From Bacteroidales bacterium (GTDB taxonomy: Bacteria > Bacteroidota > Bacteroidia > Bacteroidales > UBA12077): a stretch of DNA of 64,000 bases. A program made the position numbers and the translations under genes. Below the pieces are notes generated by a model. The model searched no databases. It was not told where the DNA came from and was given only the letters and a program-made list of their open reading frames with translations. The stretch lies in contig JAKSCO010000347.1 of the NCBI GenBank assembly GCA_022360575.1, positions 8,786-72,785 of the forward strand, written 5' to 3'. Below, piece by piece: positions 1 to 10,600 of the stretch. How positions within the stretch are numbered: the stretch's first letter is position 1; every line of letters begins with the position of its first letter.

Positions 1-1037
1 ATATCGGGTAAAGCAGCCGTATATTCAGAATCGAATAATAGCTCTACAGCCTTTAATCTTACTTCAGCATGCTTACTTCTTAGTAAGCCCATATTCCATC
101 TTACAGCAGGTCGAGAATGCATGAAATGTAATTGTTCCATTGCTATAATTATAGAATCTGGAGATGGATGAAATAATTGCCACCAATATTTTTTTTCTAC
201 TCGCTTTTGTTTCTGATCAAAAAGAACAACTTGATTATAAATATCTGGTCGTACAACTGATGGAGTATAAGAAACCATTTTCTGATTGGAAACCCATCGA
301 ACCATTCTTGGTAACATCCATCGCATGCCGGGAGTCGATTCTGGATGTCCTGAAATAGCAAACAGTTTACCTTCCCCAATTTTCTCGTTATAAAGAAATA
401 GTTTTTTTGGAGTAACATTTTTGGGAGCACCTTTATTGGGATGAATGTCTGTTACATATTTTCCTATTGCCTTAAAATTTTCTTTCTCTTTTATTTGCCC
501 TAAGATAGGACCATCGTAATATTGACAATATGCTTTTCTCCCGACTAATTCCGGAAATATTTTCTTCCCTTCGTTTGTCAATTCAAATTCAATCAATCCT
601 TTACCTCTTGCATAATGAACCCTGTCAATTACCCTTACATTTCCTAGTTGCAACGATGGATAACCTTCAGTTTTACTCAATAAGAAAGATCCAGCACATA
701 TACCTATAATTCCTTTCCCATTTTTAGTTAGAAAGTTTCGGACAATTTCTTTTCCCTGATCGCCTAAGTTATTTAATTCTTTACTTCCACTTCCTCCCGG
801 GAAAACAAGTACATCAAAATTCGCTAAGCAGCCTTTCATTATTTCAGAAGAACTTATTTCTGATACGCTAATATCCGAATCAATTAATAAAGCTTCTTTT
901 GTTTCAATAACACATATCGGGCTAGCTCCATTTCCATTAAAAACAGCAACTTTAATTATATTTTCTTTCTGAGTACAGCTATAAAACAAAGCAATAGAAA
1001 AAATATATACTATAGTAATAAAAATTCTTCTTCTCAT
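1..1037 (-). CDS. Partial CDS (C-terminus runs off the window): exported lipoprotein with a class I glutamine-amidotransferase-like / BPL_N-type domain and HEAT-like C-terminal helices
   Basis: Not in the supplied track because there is no stop inside the window. My reverse-strand translation from the ATG at 1037 reads MRRRIFITIVYIFSIALFYSCTQKENIIKVAVFNGNGASPICVIETKEAL...FDVLVFPGGSGSKELNNLGDQGKEIVRNFLTKNGKGIIGICAGSFLL...AISGHPESTPGMRWMLPRMVRWV...HAEVRLKAVELLFDSEYTAALPD and stays open to position 1. It has a lipobox-like FYSC. The PGGSG...GICAG pattern is typical of the GATase1-like/BPL_N fold. Confidence 0.6.
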   Translation of the reverse strand, partial: MRRRIFITIVYIFSIALFYSCTQKENIIKVAVFNGNGASPICVIETKEALLIDSDISVSEISSSEIMKGCLANFDVLVFPGGSGSKELNNLGDQGKEIVRNFLTKNGKGIIGICAGSFLLSKTEGYPSLQLGNVRVIDRVHYARGKGLIEFELTNEGKKIFPELVGRKAYCQYYDGPILGQIKEKENFKAIGKYVTDIHPNKGAPKNVTPKKLFLYNEKIGEGKLFAISGHPESTPGMRWMLPRMVRWVSNQKMVSYTPSVVRPDIYNQVVLFDQKQKRVEKKYWWQLFHPSPDSIIIAMEQLHFMHSRPAVRWNMGLLRSKHAEVRLKAVELLFDSEYTAALPD

Positions 1038-1227
1038 GAGTTTACAAGTTTACGTCTTATTCGTTTATGATTTTGTTAATTCTTAATTTGCTGGCATTTA
1101 TTTCTTTTCAGTGAGGGGTAGTTTTTGGTTACTCGCTTTCATAAATCCCAACTTCTTTTACGAGTTTGCAAATAAACATATCTCGCTAGTGAACCTTCAT
1201 TTTTTTGTTTCAACACTTTATACTTAT

Positions 1228-1376
1228 ACTAAAAGAATATCAAAATGAGAGATAAAAATTGTTTTCTCGCCTTATCCATTGCCAAAAAACTAGGCTATCT
1301 TTTACTTTTTCCTCGCGTCTAAGACAAAAAATATTCATTTTTATAAACTCCTAATCTTGAAATTCATTTGGTATTA
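1228..1376 (+). repeat. Dispersed intergenic element, copy 1 (part A 1228-1258, about 65 nt of unrelated sequence, part B 1326-1376)
   Basis: Part A (actaaaagaatatcaaaatgagagataaaaa) and part B (aaaaaatattcatttttataaactcctaatcttgaaattcatttggtatta) align with 27099-27176, roughly 80 percent identity by eye for part B. Confidence 0.55.
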
Positions 1377-1451
1377 CTAAAAATATATAACCATGGTTTT
1401 GTATGTTAGAATTTAATTATTCGAATGTTTAGTCATCAGATATAGATTATT

Positions 1452-2690
1452 TTATAATTCGATTTTAAAATTTGTTAAATAACTATCAGTTATATAATTT
1501 TCGATCCATTGATAAAAATCTAAAGCATTTCTATTATCTATTTTTCCTTTTTTTCTCCATTCCTTTAATAAACTATTTGCTCTTTCAAAAATATAATCTT
1601 CTTGATTTTCTATAAGCTGAACTATGCCTGTTTTATCCGAATTATATAAAGAGTTTACATTAATGTAATATTTGTCTGTTTTTCCCCATCGAATGTTCAT
1701 TACTTTTTCTTTTTTTAATTGTAAAGCAGCATTGCATATTGGCGAATCTTTTATTTGAGCATTATATTGTACAATTGAAGGTATTTGTTCATTAGCACCC
1801 ATAAATAAAGGAACTATTGTAGATGATAATGGAAAACCCACATGTGCCCACATGGTAGTTAAATCGGGTGTTTCCCCTTTTCTTACCCCTTCTATTGTTA
1901 CCGAAGATGACGAACCCGATCGTGGTATATAATCCCTAAAATGGGCATACTTAGGAGTACCTTCAGGAAAATTTCCATACTGTATTTCTAGATCTTCTTT
2001 CACTAAAGAGTGGTATAAACTTTTCGCTACTCTTTGTTCGATATATTGAGGTGTTATACCTGTTGTGGACGCTTTCTGATAAAATAAATCATTCACTGTA
2101 TTGTAGCGAATATAACCACTACCTACGCCTATTTCTCCTGTATTCGAATAGTTTGCTCTAATAATATATCCAAAAGGAGCCACTTTAGGATCATTGGCAT
2201 CAATCTTAACAAAACCTTTATGCCCCAATTCGTAATATGCAGCTCCCCCTTGAGCATCTATTACTCCAAAATTAGCTTCTAATCCTGTTGGTTTGATCTG
2301 CTTATTTAGTAATTTCTCAAAATCATCTAGGGTTTTGCAAGTAGCTAAAGCTTCTTTCATTAAGCGACCTTCGAGCCCTGTTAGTTTTTCTTTACTTCGA
2401 TTATTTAGATTATACGAAGCAGAGTTCATTATTGCAAAGCCAGTAGAATTCATTCCTATCCAAATACTTTTTTTTGCAATATCTTTTGAGTTAACCAAAC
2501 CCATATAGTCAAATTTCTCGCCTTTAAAATAAACTATACTATTATTTAAAGCCCATGTATCCCTATTTTTCCAAATCATTGGTCTGCCACTCTCTGTATA
2601 CTTTCCTGATATTACCGCTGTTGTACATGCATCAATTTTAGTAGATGCCAAAACAACAATTAACATAAATGTAAAAACTATTCCTCTCAT
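1452..2690 (-). CDS. Secreted Cys-Ntn hydrolase (C45/C59/C69-type N-terminal nucleophile hydrolase; exact family unresolved)
   Basis: 412-aa ORF. The signal peptide ends ...ASTKIDA and is followed directly by CTTAVISGKYTESGRPMIWKNRDT. A Cys at the predicted mature N-terminus plus G-R-x5-N-R-D is the arrangement seen in Cys-Ntn hydrolases. The start codon overlaps the upstream stop (TAATG, 2688-2692). Confidence 0.6.
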   Translation of the reverse strand: MRGIVFTFMLIVVLASTKIDACTTAVISGKYTESGRPMIWKNRDTWALNNSIVYFKGEKFDYMGLVNSKDIAKKSIWIGMNSTGFAIMNSASYNLNNRSKEKLTGLEGRLMKEALATCKTLDDFEKLLNKQIKPTGLEANFGVIDAQGGAAYYELGHKGFVKIDANDPKVAPFGYIIRANYSNTGEIGVGSGYIRYNTVNDLFYQKASTTGITPQYIEQRVAKSLYHSLVKEDLEIQYGNFPEGTPKYAHFRDYIPRSGSSSSVTIEGVRKGETPDLTTMWAHVGFPLSSTIVPLFMGANEQIPSIVQYNAQIKDSPICNAALQLKKEKVMNIRWGKTDKYYINVNSLYNSDKTGIVQLIENQEDYIFERANSLLKEWRKKGKIDNRNALDFYQWIENYITDSYLTNFKIEL

Positions 2691-5218
2691 TATTTTTTTA
2701 TAATTTTCTTTGTTATGATATTATCTTCTATTTTTAAACTCAAAAAGTAAACCCCTTTAGGAAAATCCGAAATATTTATTTGTCCTAAATTCGATTTAAT
2801 TCTTTCTGTTTTTACTAATTTTCCTACATAATTGTATATTTTAACAAACTCTCCCCGACAATTTTCTATGTTTAGGGTATGAGATGAAGGATTCGGATAA
2901 ATTCTAATTTTTGTTACTAAGCTATCTTGAATTCCTGATGCCTGATTTATATTTATCTTTACTGTTTCTGGATTAGATATATATTTCCCATCGCTAACTG
3001 TGAGTTTTAAATTACATACCTGAGGCGATAATGAACCTACATCTTTAAGCAATATTTCTCCTTTTGCATTTATTTCAAAAAGATTATTTTCATTCCCCTC
3101 TGTTATCAACCAATTTTGATAAATAGTAGCTACCTGATCTTTATCTGTTGCTGCTACTTTCAAAATAACATCTCCTGTTTTTGCTTTTGTATTAATGGTA
3201 GCTTTTTGTTCACAATTAATTACAGGAGTAAAATTATTCGATAAAGATTCTCCTTCCCAAAGCACTCCATCGTTTTTGTTTTTCACAATAAAACTTAACG
3301 CATAGGCCTTATCTTTCAACCTAACTTTATGGGGCTGATCAAAGTCGAAAAGAGAAATTGTATGTTCGTCTATTATATGCTTGTTTCCTTTATGAGGAAT
3401 AAAATTATCTTGATATCTATCGCATTTCGATATTCTAATCTGATCCAGATCAGCTATTAAAAAATTTGAATATCCATTTCGATATTTCTCACCTAAATTT
3501 AAGGCAGAATTACTTTTGTTTAAATTGAAATTATTATTACTCTCAATATCTTTTTTCCCATTTATAAAGATCTTTGTATTGTTATTAGAATGAGAAAATG
3601 CTACATGAACCCACTCATTTATCTTAAGTTCATTATTTTGCGATTTAATACTTTGATTACTACTTCTTGAAATTAACTTTATCGAATACGATGTTGATGT
3701 AATATCATCAATAGATATGGTAAAAGCATTTTTTTGATCCATTACTACATCATAATTTTGATTTCCGCCTTTTACTCTTATCCAAAATTCGAAAGTATAA
3801 TTGTTAGAAAAATCTAAATCGTCATCAGGAGTCTGTCTTGCATAAGCATAATGATTTCCATTAAAAGAAATATACCCATTAAGAGTTCCATGTTTGGTTA
3901 CAGCAAACTGATTAGACCATGAGTTTGCATAAAAAACACCATTTACTTTACTGCGTACTCTAAATAGATAAACAGATGAAGCATCTTGTATCTGGTATAA
4001 AAAGTTTGTAGTAGGAATTGTTTTCGAAATGGTTTCCCAATTGCCTTTGTCTTTTTTTACCTGTAATTCGTATCCGTCGTACGATATTGTATTACTCACA
4101 TCCCAATTAATAATAAAATGATCAGCTTCTTTAGATATTCCTGTTATTTCGGGGGTTGGAAGAAAATCGAACACAGCTCCTGTAAGTGAATTATAACCTC
4201 CAGAATTACTATTCCATGCTTGAATATTATAATAGCCATTCATATTGTTATTATTCCACCATCCCCAATTGATGTGGTAATATGATTTACCTGATATTTT
4301 TTTATACCCATCAATAATGACAGCATGTTCTGCACCTGTACTTTTGGCTTTAAGCCCCACTTGTACAGGAATATTATTTGTTATGTTGTTATACAACCTA
4401 TTCCAGAAAAAATTCCATGTAACTGGTTTATAATGTCCCGTAAAACGGAAAAATTTTTCTAAAACAAAAGGAACTTTATTAATATTTGATGTTGATCCAG
4501 ATAGTTCATAATCCATCTGAAGAGCAACTCCTACATCATAAAATAGTTTCGAAACAGCTTGTCTTTGCTCATTTGTAGATGCTACACCATAATACAAATC
4601 ACTCATCTTACTCCACTGATAGTTTTCTTGATCGAAGAATGAAGAATGCGTTATAGTTGTTCCTTTAAACTTATCGTTATAAACCTGATTTCCCATTCCT
4701 TTTTTGGGCCATTCATAGTAATTCATTATTTGGCAAGCGCTAATTGCAACACATCCTGCCGAACAATGCTGAGGAGTAAAAATATTTGTAGCATATATGG
4801 ATTTTCCATTTTGATCTATACAATTTACTCCCCCCCATACATCACTTAGCAATGGGGTTATTTCAACATCTTGATTGTCCGATAAAAATTTTGATTTTTC
4901 TCTTTGCAATACTTCTTGAATAAGCCTTGAAGTAAAATTCTGTTTCGGGAAAAAATAGCCTTTGTCAGAAAATCCTATGATAGTTTTTGTAAAATCATTC
5001 GCAATAATTGCATAACCTCCACCTTTATAGTTAAAAACATAAGCCAAAGTATCTCCAATATTAACAAGAGGATATTTATTCAGGATTGCTATTTCTTTTT
5101 TTTGCAAATCCCGAATTAAATCATCTGCTACTTTTTGATGAGAAGTTTGTCCCTTCATAGGAAAGGACAAACAAAACATCAATAATAAAAATAAACACAG
5201 GTTAATTATTTTTTTCAT
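2690..5218 (-). CDS. Multidomain peptidase C10 (streptopain/SpeB family) with an I69-like prodomain, FN3, LamG-like and cadherin-like modules and a T9SS type A C-terminal sorting domain
   Basis: 842 aa with a signal peptide. The propeptide-like segment is AYVFNYKGGGYAIIANDFTKTIIGFSD. The catalytic Cys context is SAGCVAISACQIMNYYEWP. The His/Trp context is AEHAVIIDGY...YYHINWGWWN. The LamG-like segment is YTFEFWIRVKG...NEWVHVAFSH...KIFINGK. The C-terminus is IRIYPNPSSHTLNIEN...GVYFLSLKIEDNIITKKIIKK. Confidence 0.85.
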   Translation of the reverse strand: MKKIINLCLFLLLMFCLSFPMKGQTSHQKVADDLIRDLQKKEIAILNKYPLVNIGDTLAYVFNYKGGGYAIIANDFTKTIIGFSDKGYFFPKQNFTSRLIQEVLQREKSKFLSDNQDVEITPLLSDVWGGVNCIDQNGKSIYATNIFTPQHCSAGCVAISACQIMNYYEWPKKGMGNQVYNDKFKGTTITHSSFFDQENYQWSKMSDLYYGVASTNEQRQAVSKLFYDVGVALQMDYELSGSTSNINKVPFVLEKFFRFTGHYKPVTWNFFWNRLYNNITNNIPVQVGLKAKSTGAEHAVIIDGYKKISGKSYYHINWGWWNNNNMNGYYNIQAWNSNSGGYNSLTGAVFDFLPTPEITGISKEADHFIINWDVSNTISYDGYELQVKKDKGNWETISKTIPTTNFLYQIQDASSVYLFRVRSKVNGVFYANSWSNQFAVTKHGTLNGYISFNGNHYAYARQTPDDDLDFSNNYTFEFWIRVKGGNQNYDVVMDQKNAFTISIDDITSTSYSIKLISRSSNQSIKSQNNELKINEWVHVAFSHSNNNTKIFINGKKDIESNNNFNLNKSNSALNLGEKYRNGYSNFLIADLDQIRISKCDRYQDNFIPHKGNKHIIDEHTISLFDFDQPHKVRLKDKAYALSFIVKNKNDGVLWEGESLSNNFTPVINCEQKATINTKAKTGDVILKVAATDKDQVATIYQNWLITEGNENNLFEINAKGEILLKDVGSLSPQVCNLKLTVSDGKYISNPETVKININQASGIQDSLVTKIRIYPNPSSHTLNIENCRGEFVKIYNYVGKLVKTERIKSNLGQINISDFPKGVYFLSLKIEDNIITKKIIKK

Positions 5219-5219
5219 A

Positions 5220-6161
5220 TTACTGATAAATCATTTTTCGATCCGACTGCCAATTATTTTGACGCAAAGAAACTGAATGAGGATATGTCCCTTTTACAAG
5301 CATCTTTGGAGTTTTATTTTTAGCATCTATCATTTCTTCTTTTTTCAGATTCAACAGAAATAGGGTATTTTTATCTTCTTCAAAATCTTTGTATAAATCA
5401 GGGTTAAAATCTGCACTATAACGTGCAATGGTTGAAATGCGAGTTTTTCTTTGTTCACATTTTGTAAAACCATAATAAGCTCCACGATATGTTGCACTCC
5501 AGTTTACTCCCCCAATCGACGACTTGGATATCCAAACATCGTCGGTACTCGATGTAACCTGCTTTCCATTTATAAAAAACCTTGCAGTATTATCTTCCGA
5601 AGAACGTGTAATTGCCACATGAACCCAATCTCCATACAACAATACAATATCATTATTATTAAATGTACTCATCGATTGCAATTCTAAATCGGACGAAGTA
5701 TTTGATAATTTAGAATAAGTAATCTCATAATCAGCTTTTACTTTTACTATCTTAGTTCCCATTCCATTGGGCTGACTATAATCTATTACTTTAATTTCTC
5801 GATCGGCTTGAGGTTTGTCCGGATTTGCAGGAGATATATACAAAGTAAATACATATCGCTGCTCCATAACGATAGAAGATTCCAACACTTTATCAGAAAT
5901 TGTTGTCCCCTCTTCAACCTTCACCCATGTTTCGAAAGTCCAATCGGTTGTTAGTACATTGAAAGGTCTGTTTCCATCGGCATCTTTTTTATTTGTTGCA
6001 TAGAAACTTTGCTTATCGCCATTAAAATAAGCATAACTATCAATTAATGTTTCCATTTCTTCTGTAATAACAGGAGTTTTGTAGTTGTTATCATCGTCGT
6101 CACACGAACTCAAAATAATCATGTGAATAATTAGTAAATATGTAATAATTTTCTTTATCAT
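5220..6161 (-). CDS. Surface lipoprotein with a LamG-like (concanavalin-A-like jelly-roll) domain
   Basis: 313 aa. The lipobox is IILSSCDDDDNN. The segments WTFETWVKVEEG...GDWVHVAITRSSEDNTARFFINGKQV parallel the LamG module of the adjacent C10 protease. There is a 1-nt gap to the downstream gene. Confidence 0.65.
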   Translation of the reverse strand: MIKKIITYLLIIHMIILSSCDDDDNNYKTPVITEEMETLIDSYAYFNGDKQSFYATNKKDADGNRPFNVLTTDWTFETWVKVEEGTTISDKVLESSIVMEQRYVFTLYISPANPDKPQADREIKVIDYSQPNGMGTKIVKVKADYEITYSKLSNTSSDLELQSMSTFNNNDIVLLYGDWVHVAITRSSEDNTARFFINGKQVTSSTDDVWISKSSIGGVNWSATYRGAYYGFTKCEQRKTRISTIARYSADFNPDLYKDFEEDKNTLFLLNLKKEEMIDAKNKTPKMLVKGTYPHSVSLRQNNWQSDRKMIYQ

Positions 6162-6197
6162 CTATATTTTTATTATACACTTATAAAGTATCTATTT

Positions 6198-7679
6198 TCA
6201 TCCACCAGCAGATACATCCTCTCCGGGTACTCCCTGATCTCCTCCAAAAGTATATACAGTCGTGGGAATCAATTCTAACTGCTGTGAAGGAACAGGAAAA
6301 TGAAGCATTGTTCCTTTTTGTAAGAGATTCATCCGTCGCATATCGAAAAATTCTAGTCCAATACCGCCAAGTATTAATTCAATGTTTCTTTCGTACCATA
6401 ATGCCTCAAAAACTACTTCTTTTGTAGCCTCTATTGTAGATAAATTTCCTCTATTAACTCTTGTTCCGTTATTAATTATTTGGGCTGCTTCCGAATATCT
6501 TTCCATATAATACAGTGCTTCAGCTTTGAACAAATCATTTTCTGCCAGTCTAAAGTCAACAATACGCTTATCAATTCCATCATTATTGATATAGTCGTCT
6601 AATCTTTTGTATCGATAAGTAGACCACCTATAGTAACCTCTGTCGGGACGACTATTCTTTGTATTATATTCAAAATCGGTATCTACTCTCTGATCTGGCG
6701 AATTTATTTGTCCATTATTTGGCAAGTCGGTATACAAGCCACTTTCGGGAAAAGTTGCAGGAATAGATGGGTCTAGAATATGTATAATTCTCATATCTAT
6801 TTTTCCCCAACCCGACCCTGCTGTTTTTATATGAAAGTATGATTTCCATGATTTAGCAACGCCATCGCCCAAAGGAGCAAAGTCTTTTTGTATTCCTTTT
6901 TCTGCATGTGCAAGAACTGTAGCCCAATCTAAAGCACTGTTTTGCTCTAAATTTCTTGATGAATAAACCATCAATCTGGCAATGTACGAATGTGCCAATT
7001 GTGCCAGTTCCACATTGGTCCACACATCTCCTGGTATCCAAGTACTGGGTATTGTAAACTCTGAGTTTTCGCAAATAGCAATTGCTTTTTCTATTTGCGA
7101 AATTCCAACTCGTACCATCTCTTGATAAGAAGTAAGATTTATTTTTTGATAATCTTCAGTGGACTCAATTAGAAATGCTTTATCGAAAATTAATCCTAAA
7201 TAACCATTGGATAAACCTTGTGTTAGGTAGGCCATTGCTTTTACCATATCTGTTTCTTCGCCATTCTTACCTATTTGCATTCCGTTTTCAATTACAGCTA
7301 ATACATCTGTCGAGGAAGTAAGTACATCGTACATATTTTTGTAATATGCTTTTCCAACCCAATGGTAAGGATAACCTACATCGTTTATATAAGCTTCGCG
7401 TGGTTCTTTCGAGAGATCAACGGCGCCAAAATTAGACCAAAAAACAGTTCCACAATCGGCCATATACCACATTGCTCTCGCTGGTGTTTCCGACGAAAGA
7501 GTATATGCAGCATCATGTCCCACAGAAAACCACGACTTAAATAAGCCTGCTGTTATTGCCTTTACACCATCAGGATCGGATAGCATCACATCCGTATCCG
7601 GAGAATTTAAGTTTTCCACTTCCAATTCGTCGCAAGCAAAAAACAAAAAACAAATTATTATGATTATAGTATATTTCAT
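6198..7679 (-). CDS. SusD/RagB-family outer-membrane nutrient-binding lipoprotein
   Basis: 493 aa. The lipobox is FLFFACDELEVENLNSPD. It sits immediately downstream of the SusC-type gene (12-nt gap). TPR-like helical content and the C-terminal WYERNIELILGGIGLEFFDMRR segment are typical of the SusD family. Confidence 0.85.
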   Translation of the reverse strand: MKYTIIIIICFLFFACDELEVENLNSPDTDVMLSDPDGVKAITAGLFKSWFSVGHDAAYTLSSETPARAMWYMADCGTVFWSNFGAVDLSKEPREAYINDVGYPYHWVGKAYYKNMYDVLTSSTDVLAVIENGMQIGKNGEETDMVKAMAYLTQGLSNGYLGLIFDKAFLIESTEDYQKINLTSYQEMVRVGISQIEKAIAICENSEFTIPSTWIPGDVWTNVELAQLAHSYIARLMVYSSRNLEQNSALDWATVLAHAEKGIQKDFAPLGDGVAKSWKSYFHIKTAGSGWGKIDMRIIHILDPSIPATFPESGLYTDLPNNGQINSPDQRVDTDFEYNTKNSRPDRGYYRWSTYRYKRLDDYINNDGIDKRIVDFRLAENDLFKAEALYYMERYSEAAQIINNGTRVNRGNLSTIEATKEVVFEALWYERNIELILGGIGLEFFDMRRMNLLQKGTMLHFPVPSQQLELIPTTVYTFGGDQGVPGEDVSAGG

Positions 7680-7691
7680 GATTTTATCTTT

Positions 7692-10600
7692 TTAAAATTC
7701 AATTCCAACCGAGAAAGAATATGTTGTAAAATTTGGATAGCCATTATTATCAAAAGCATATCCGCTTGAAGTTACTTCGGGATCATAACCCGAATAGTTC
7801 GTAAAAGTTAATAAGTTTTTGCCAATTATTCCTAGCTTTATTCCATTTACATACTGTCCTAATTTTCCTAAGTTATCTTTTGTAAATGTGTAATTTATAG
7901 AAGCTTCTGCCAATCGCAAATAAGTACCATCTTCTACCCAAAACTCATTAATTGACTGACTATCGTAAAAACCCAGATAATAATCTATTGTTTTCATTTT
8001 TTCTGGAGCTTTACCATACTGATCCATTATAGGGTGTCGGTTATGATTAACCATTTTTTGAGCTGTACTATTGTATAAATCACCTCCTTGCTTCCATTTC
8101 CATAACATGTGGAAATTAAAATTTTTGTATGCCAGATCAGAACTAATTCCCATTCTAAAATCAGGATTTATATCCCCTATTTTTTCTGTAACAGGATTCC
8201 CATTCTTATCCTTAACCAAAATTGGCGTTTCATTTTTTGTTCCTTGCGAATTTGCTCTTATCACATAACCTTCGCTATTTAATTTATAGTTACTGATATT
8301 GTCATTTTCTGACAGTTGCTCCCGCATTTGCTGTATAGAACGTACAAATTTTCTTCCATACATAATTCCATAAGCCTCTCCTTCTTTAATGTAAAAGCTA
8401 CTCTGTGGCCCTGTTCTGTATTCTGGAAAATCTAACTTTGTTATTTTTGAAGATGTTTTATCGAAAGTAAATCGCATATCCCATTGCAAATTATCGGTTT
8501 TAATGATATTTGCTTGCAACATTGCTTCAAATGTTTTTGTCTCTAACTCGCCAGCATTCCTCCACTGATAAGCAAAACCATATTGATTAACTAATAAAGG
8601 GACTTTTAGAAATTGCTCCGATGTTGTAGTTTTCGAATAGGTTGCTTCAAGGTAAAAACGTTTTAAGAAAGACACATCCATTCCCAACTCAATTTCTTGC
8701 GACTGAGAAGGTTTTAACTCTCTATTGCCGAGCGTATTCTTTTCATAAACTCCTGCTACTTTTTTATAGGTTTCGTATTGCATTTCAAAACTTGGTCTTT
8801 GACCCGATCCTCCTATTGCTCCTCGCAGTTTTAACTCCTTAACACCTGGAATTTTTATATCTTCTGAAATACGGTAAGCTCCTGATATTCTATAATAATT
8901 ATGTCTTCTTTCGTCTTTTCCAAATAAAGATGATCCATCATTTCTGAATAAACCATCTAAAATATATCTGTCTTTAAAAGTAAACGAAGCTATCGCAAAT
9001 ACATTTTCTGCTTTTATATCTTCAACACGAGTTCTGAAATAGGAATTCTCGTCGGGAATAATAACAAAAGATGGAAAATCTTCAAAATCAAAACCTCTAC
9101 CATATCCACCTGCCGATTCAAAATGACTATCTTCAAACAAATAACTTACTCTAGCATTAAAATCTAATTCATTCCATGTTTTGAAAAAACTTAATGTTGC
9201 TCTAATATTCTCATTTAATATTTTCGAAGAGTAATTATCTAAGTAGCCCGGTGATTCAATAAATCCATCTGTGTCAATACCTGTGTACATTCCTTTGGGA
9301 GTTAATATTTTCTTTCTATAATCCTGACTCTCGACCCCATAACTAGATTTAAAGGTCATCCAATCGGTTAATATCCAATTCAGTTCATAATTTGCTAAAA
9401 ATCTGGTTTTTTCCAATTTGTTACTCCTATTATAAAGCTCATATAAAGGATTAAATACTATCTGATTCCAATGATTAGGTGCAAAATTATATGGAGTACC
9501 ATCGTCGTTGGCTCTTTTCAAATCAACATCTGGTTCCATCATTACCACTTGAGCAAATGCATTGTTTCCTCCTCCTGGCATATCATTTTCTGTAAGAATA
9601 AAATTATTACTTGCTTTAATTTTTATCTTTGGAGTAATTGCATGGTCTACATTCAACCTAAAGCTTTGGCGCTCGTATCCTCCTGTTTCTTTTAAAACCC
9701 CTTCACTATTATGATTTTCGAAAGACATATAAATATTTGTACGATCTAGTTTAGAAGCTACATTAACAAAATTTGTATAATTGATTCCATTATCGAACAT
9801 CTCTTTTTGAATATCATTATTAACCCGATATGGTTGCGTCATCATTCGTGTGGGCAATAAAATTCTGTTTCCTTCAATTTCTGAATTATAGCCTGTTACA
9901 TAGTTATCAGGATAAGTTACTGAGGCATATTTTGTATATGTATCAACTGTTTGCCAATCATTTGCAAGTAAATACGGGTGATATTTTGCCATATCGATTG
10001 TATTCTCTACTTTTTGAATACCCACTTCGTTTCTGATTGTAATTTTTGTGGTATTACTTTTCAATCGAGCTCCTCTTTTCGAAGTTACAACCACAACACC
10101 ATTTCCTGCTTTTGATCCATACAGTGCTGATGCTGCAGCACCTTTCACTACTTCTATCGATTCAACATCATCTACATTTATATCTGATAATGATCCTTGC
10201 ATAATCATTCCATCTACTAAAATCATTGGAGCCTGATTACCTGTTAAGCTTGTTGCTCCTCTCAGAGTAATGGAAGATCCTGATCCTGGAGTTCCGCTTC
10301 CCGAGGTTACTGTAACCCCTGCCAATTTACCTTGCAAAGAGGAAGAAATAGAGCTTTGTGGAACCTGTACCAAGTCAGATGTAGTTATTTTTGCCACTGA
10401 AACCGACATTTTTTTTCTTTCTGTGCCTGAAGCTACTCCTGATATTATAATTTGATCTAGTACTATACAATCTTCTTTCAGTATTATTGTTAAAGTTTTA
10501 TCTGTACCAATTCTTACTTCTTGGGTTTTGTAACCAATAAAACTAAAAACTAAATAATCCCCAATATTTGTAGTTATTTCGAACTTCCCGTCTTGATTTG

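Noticed and set aside
164-430. Two short track ORFs, 164..358 (+) and 197..430 (-)
   Set aside because: Both lie inside the long minus-strand frame 1..1037, which has clear domain signatures. They are alternative-frame artefacts.
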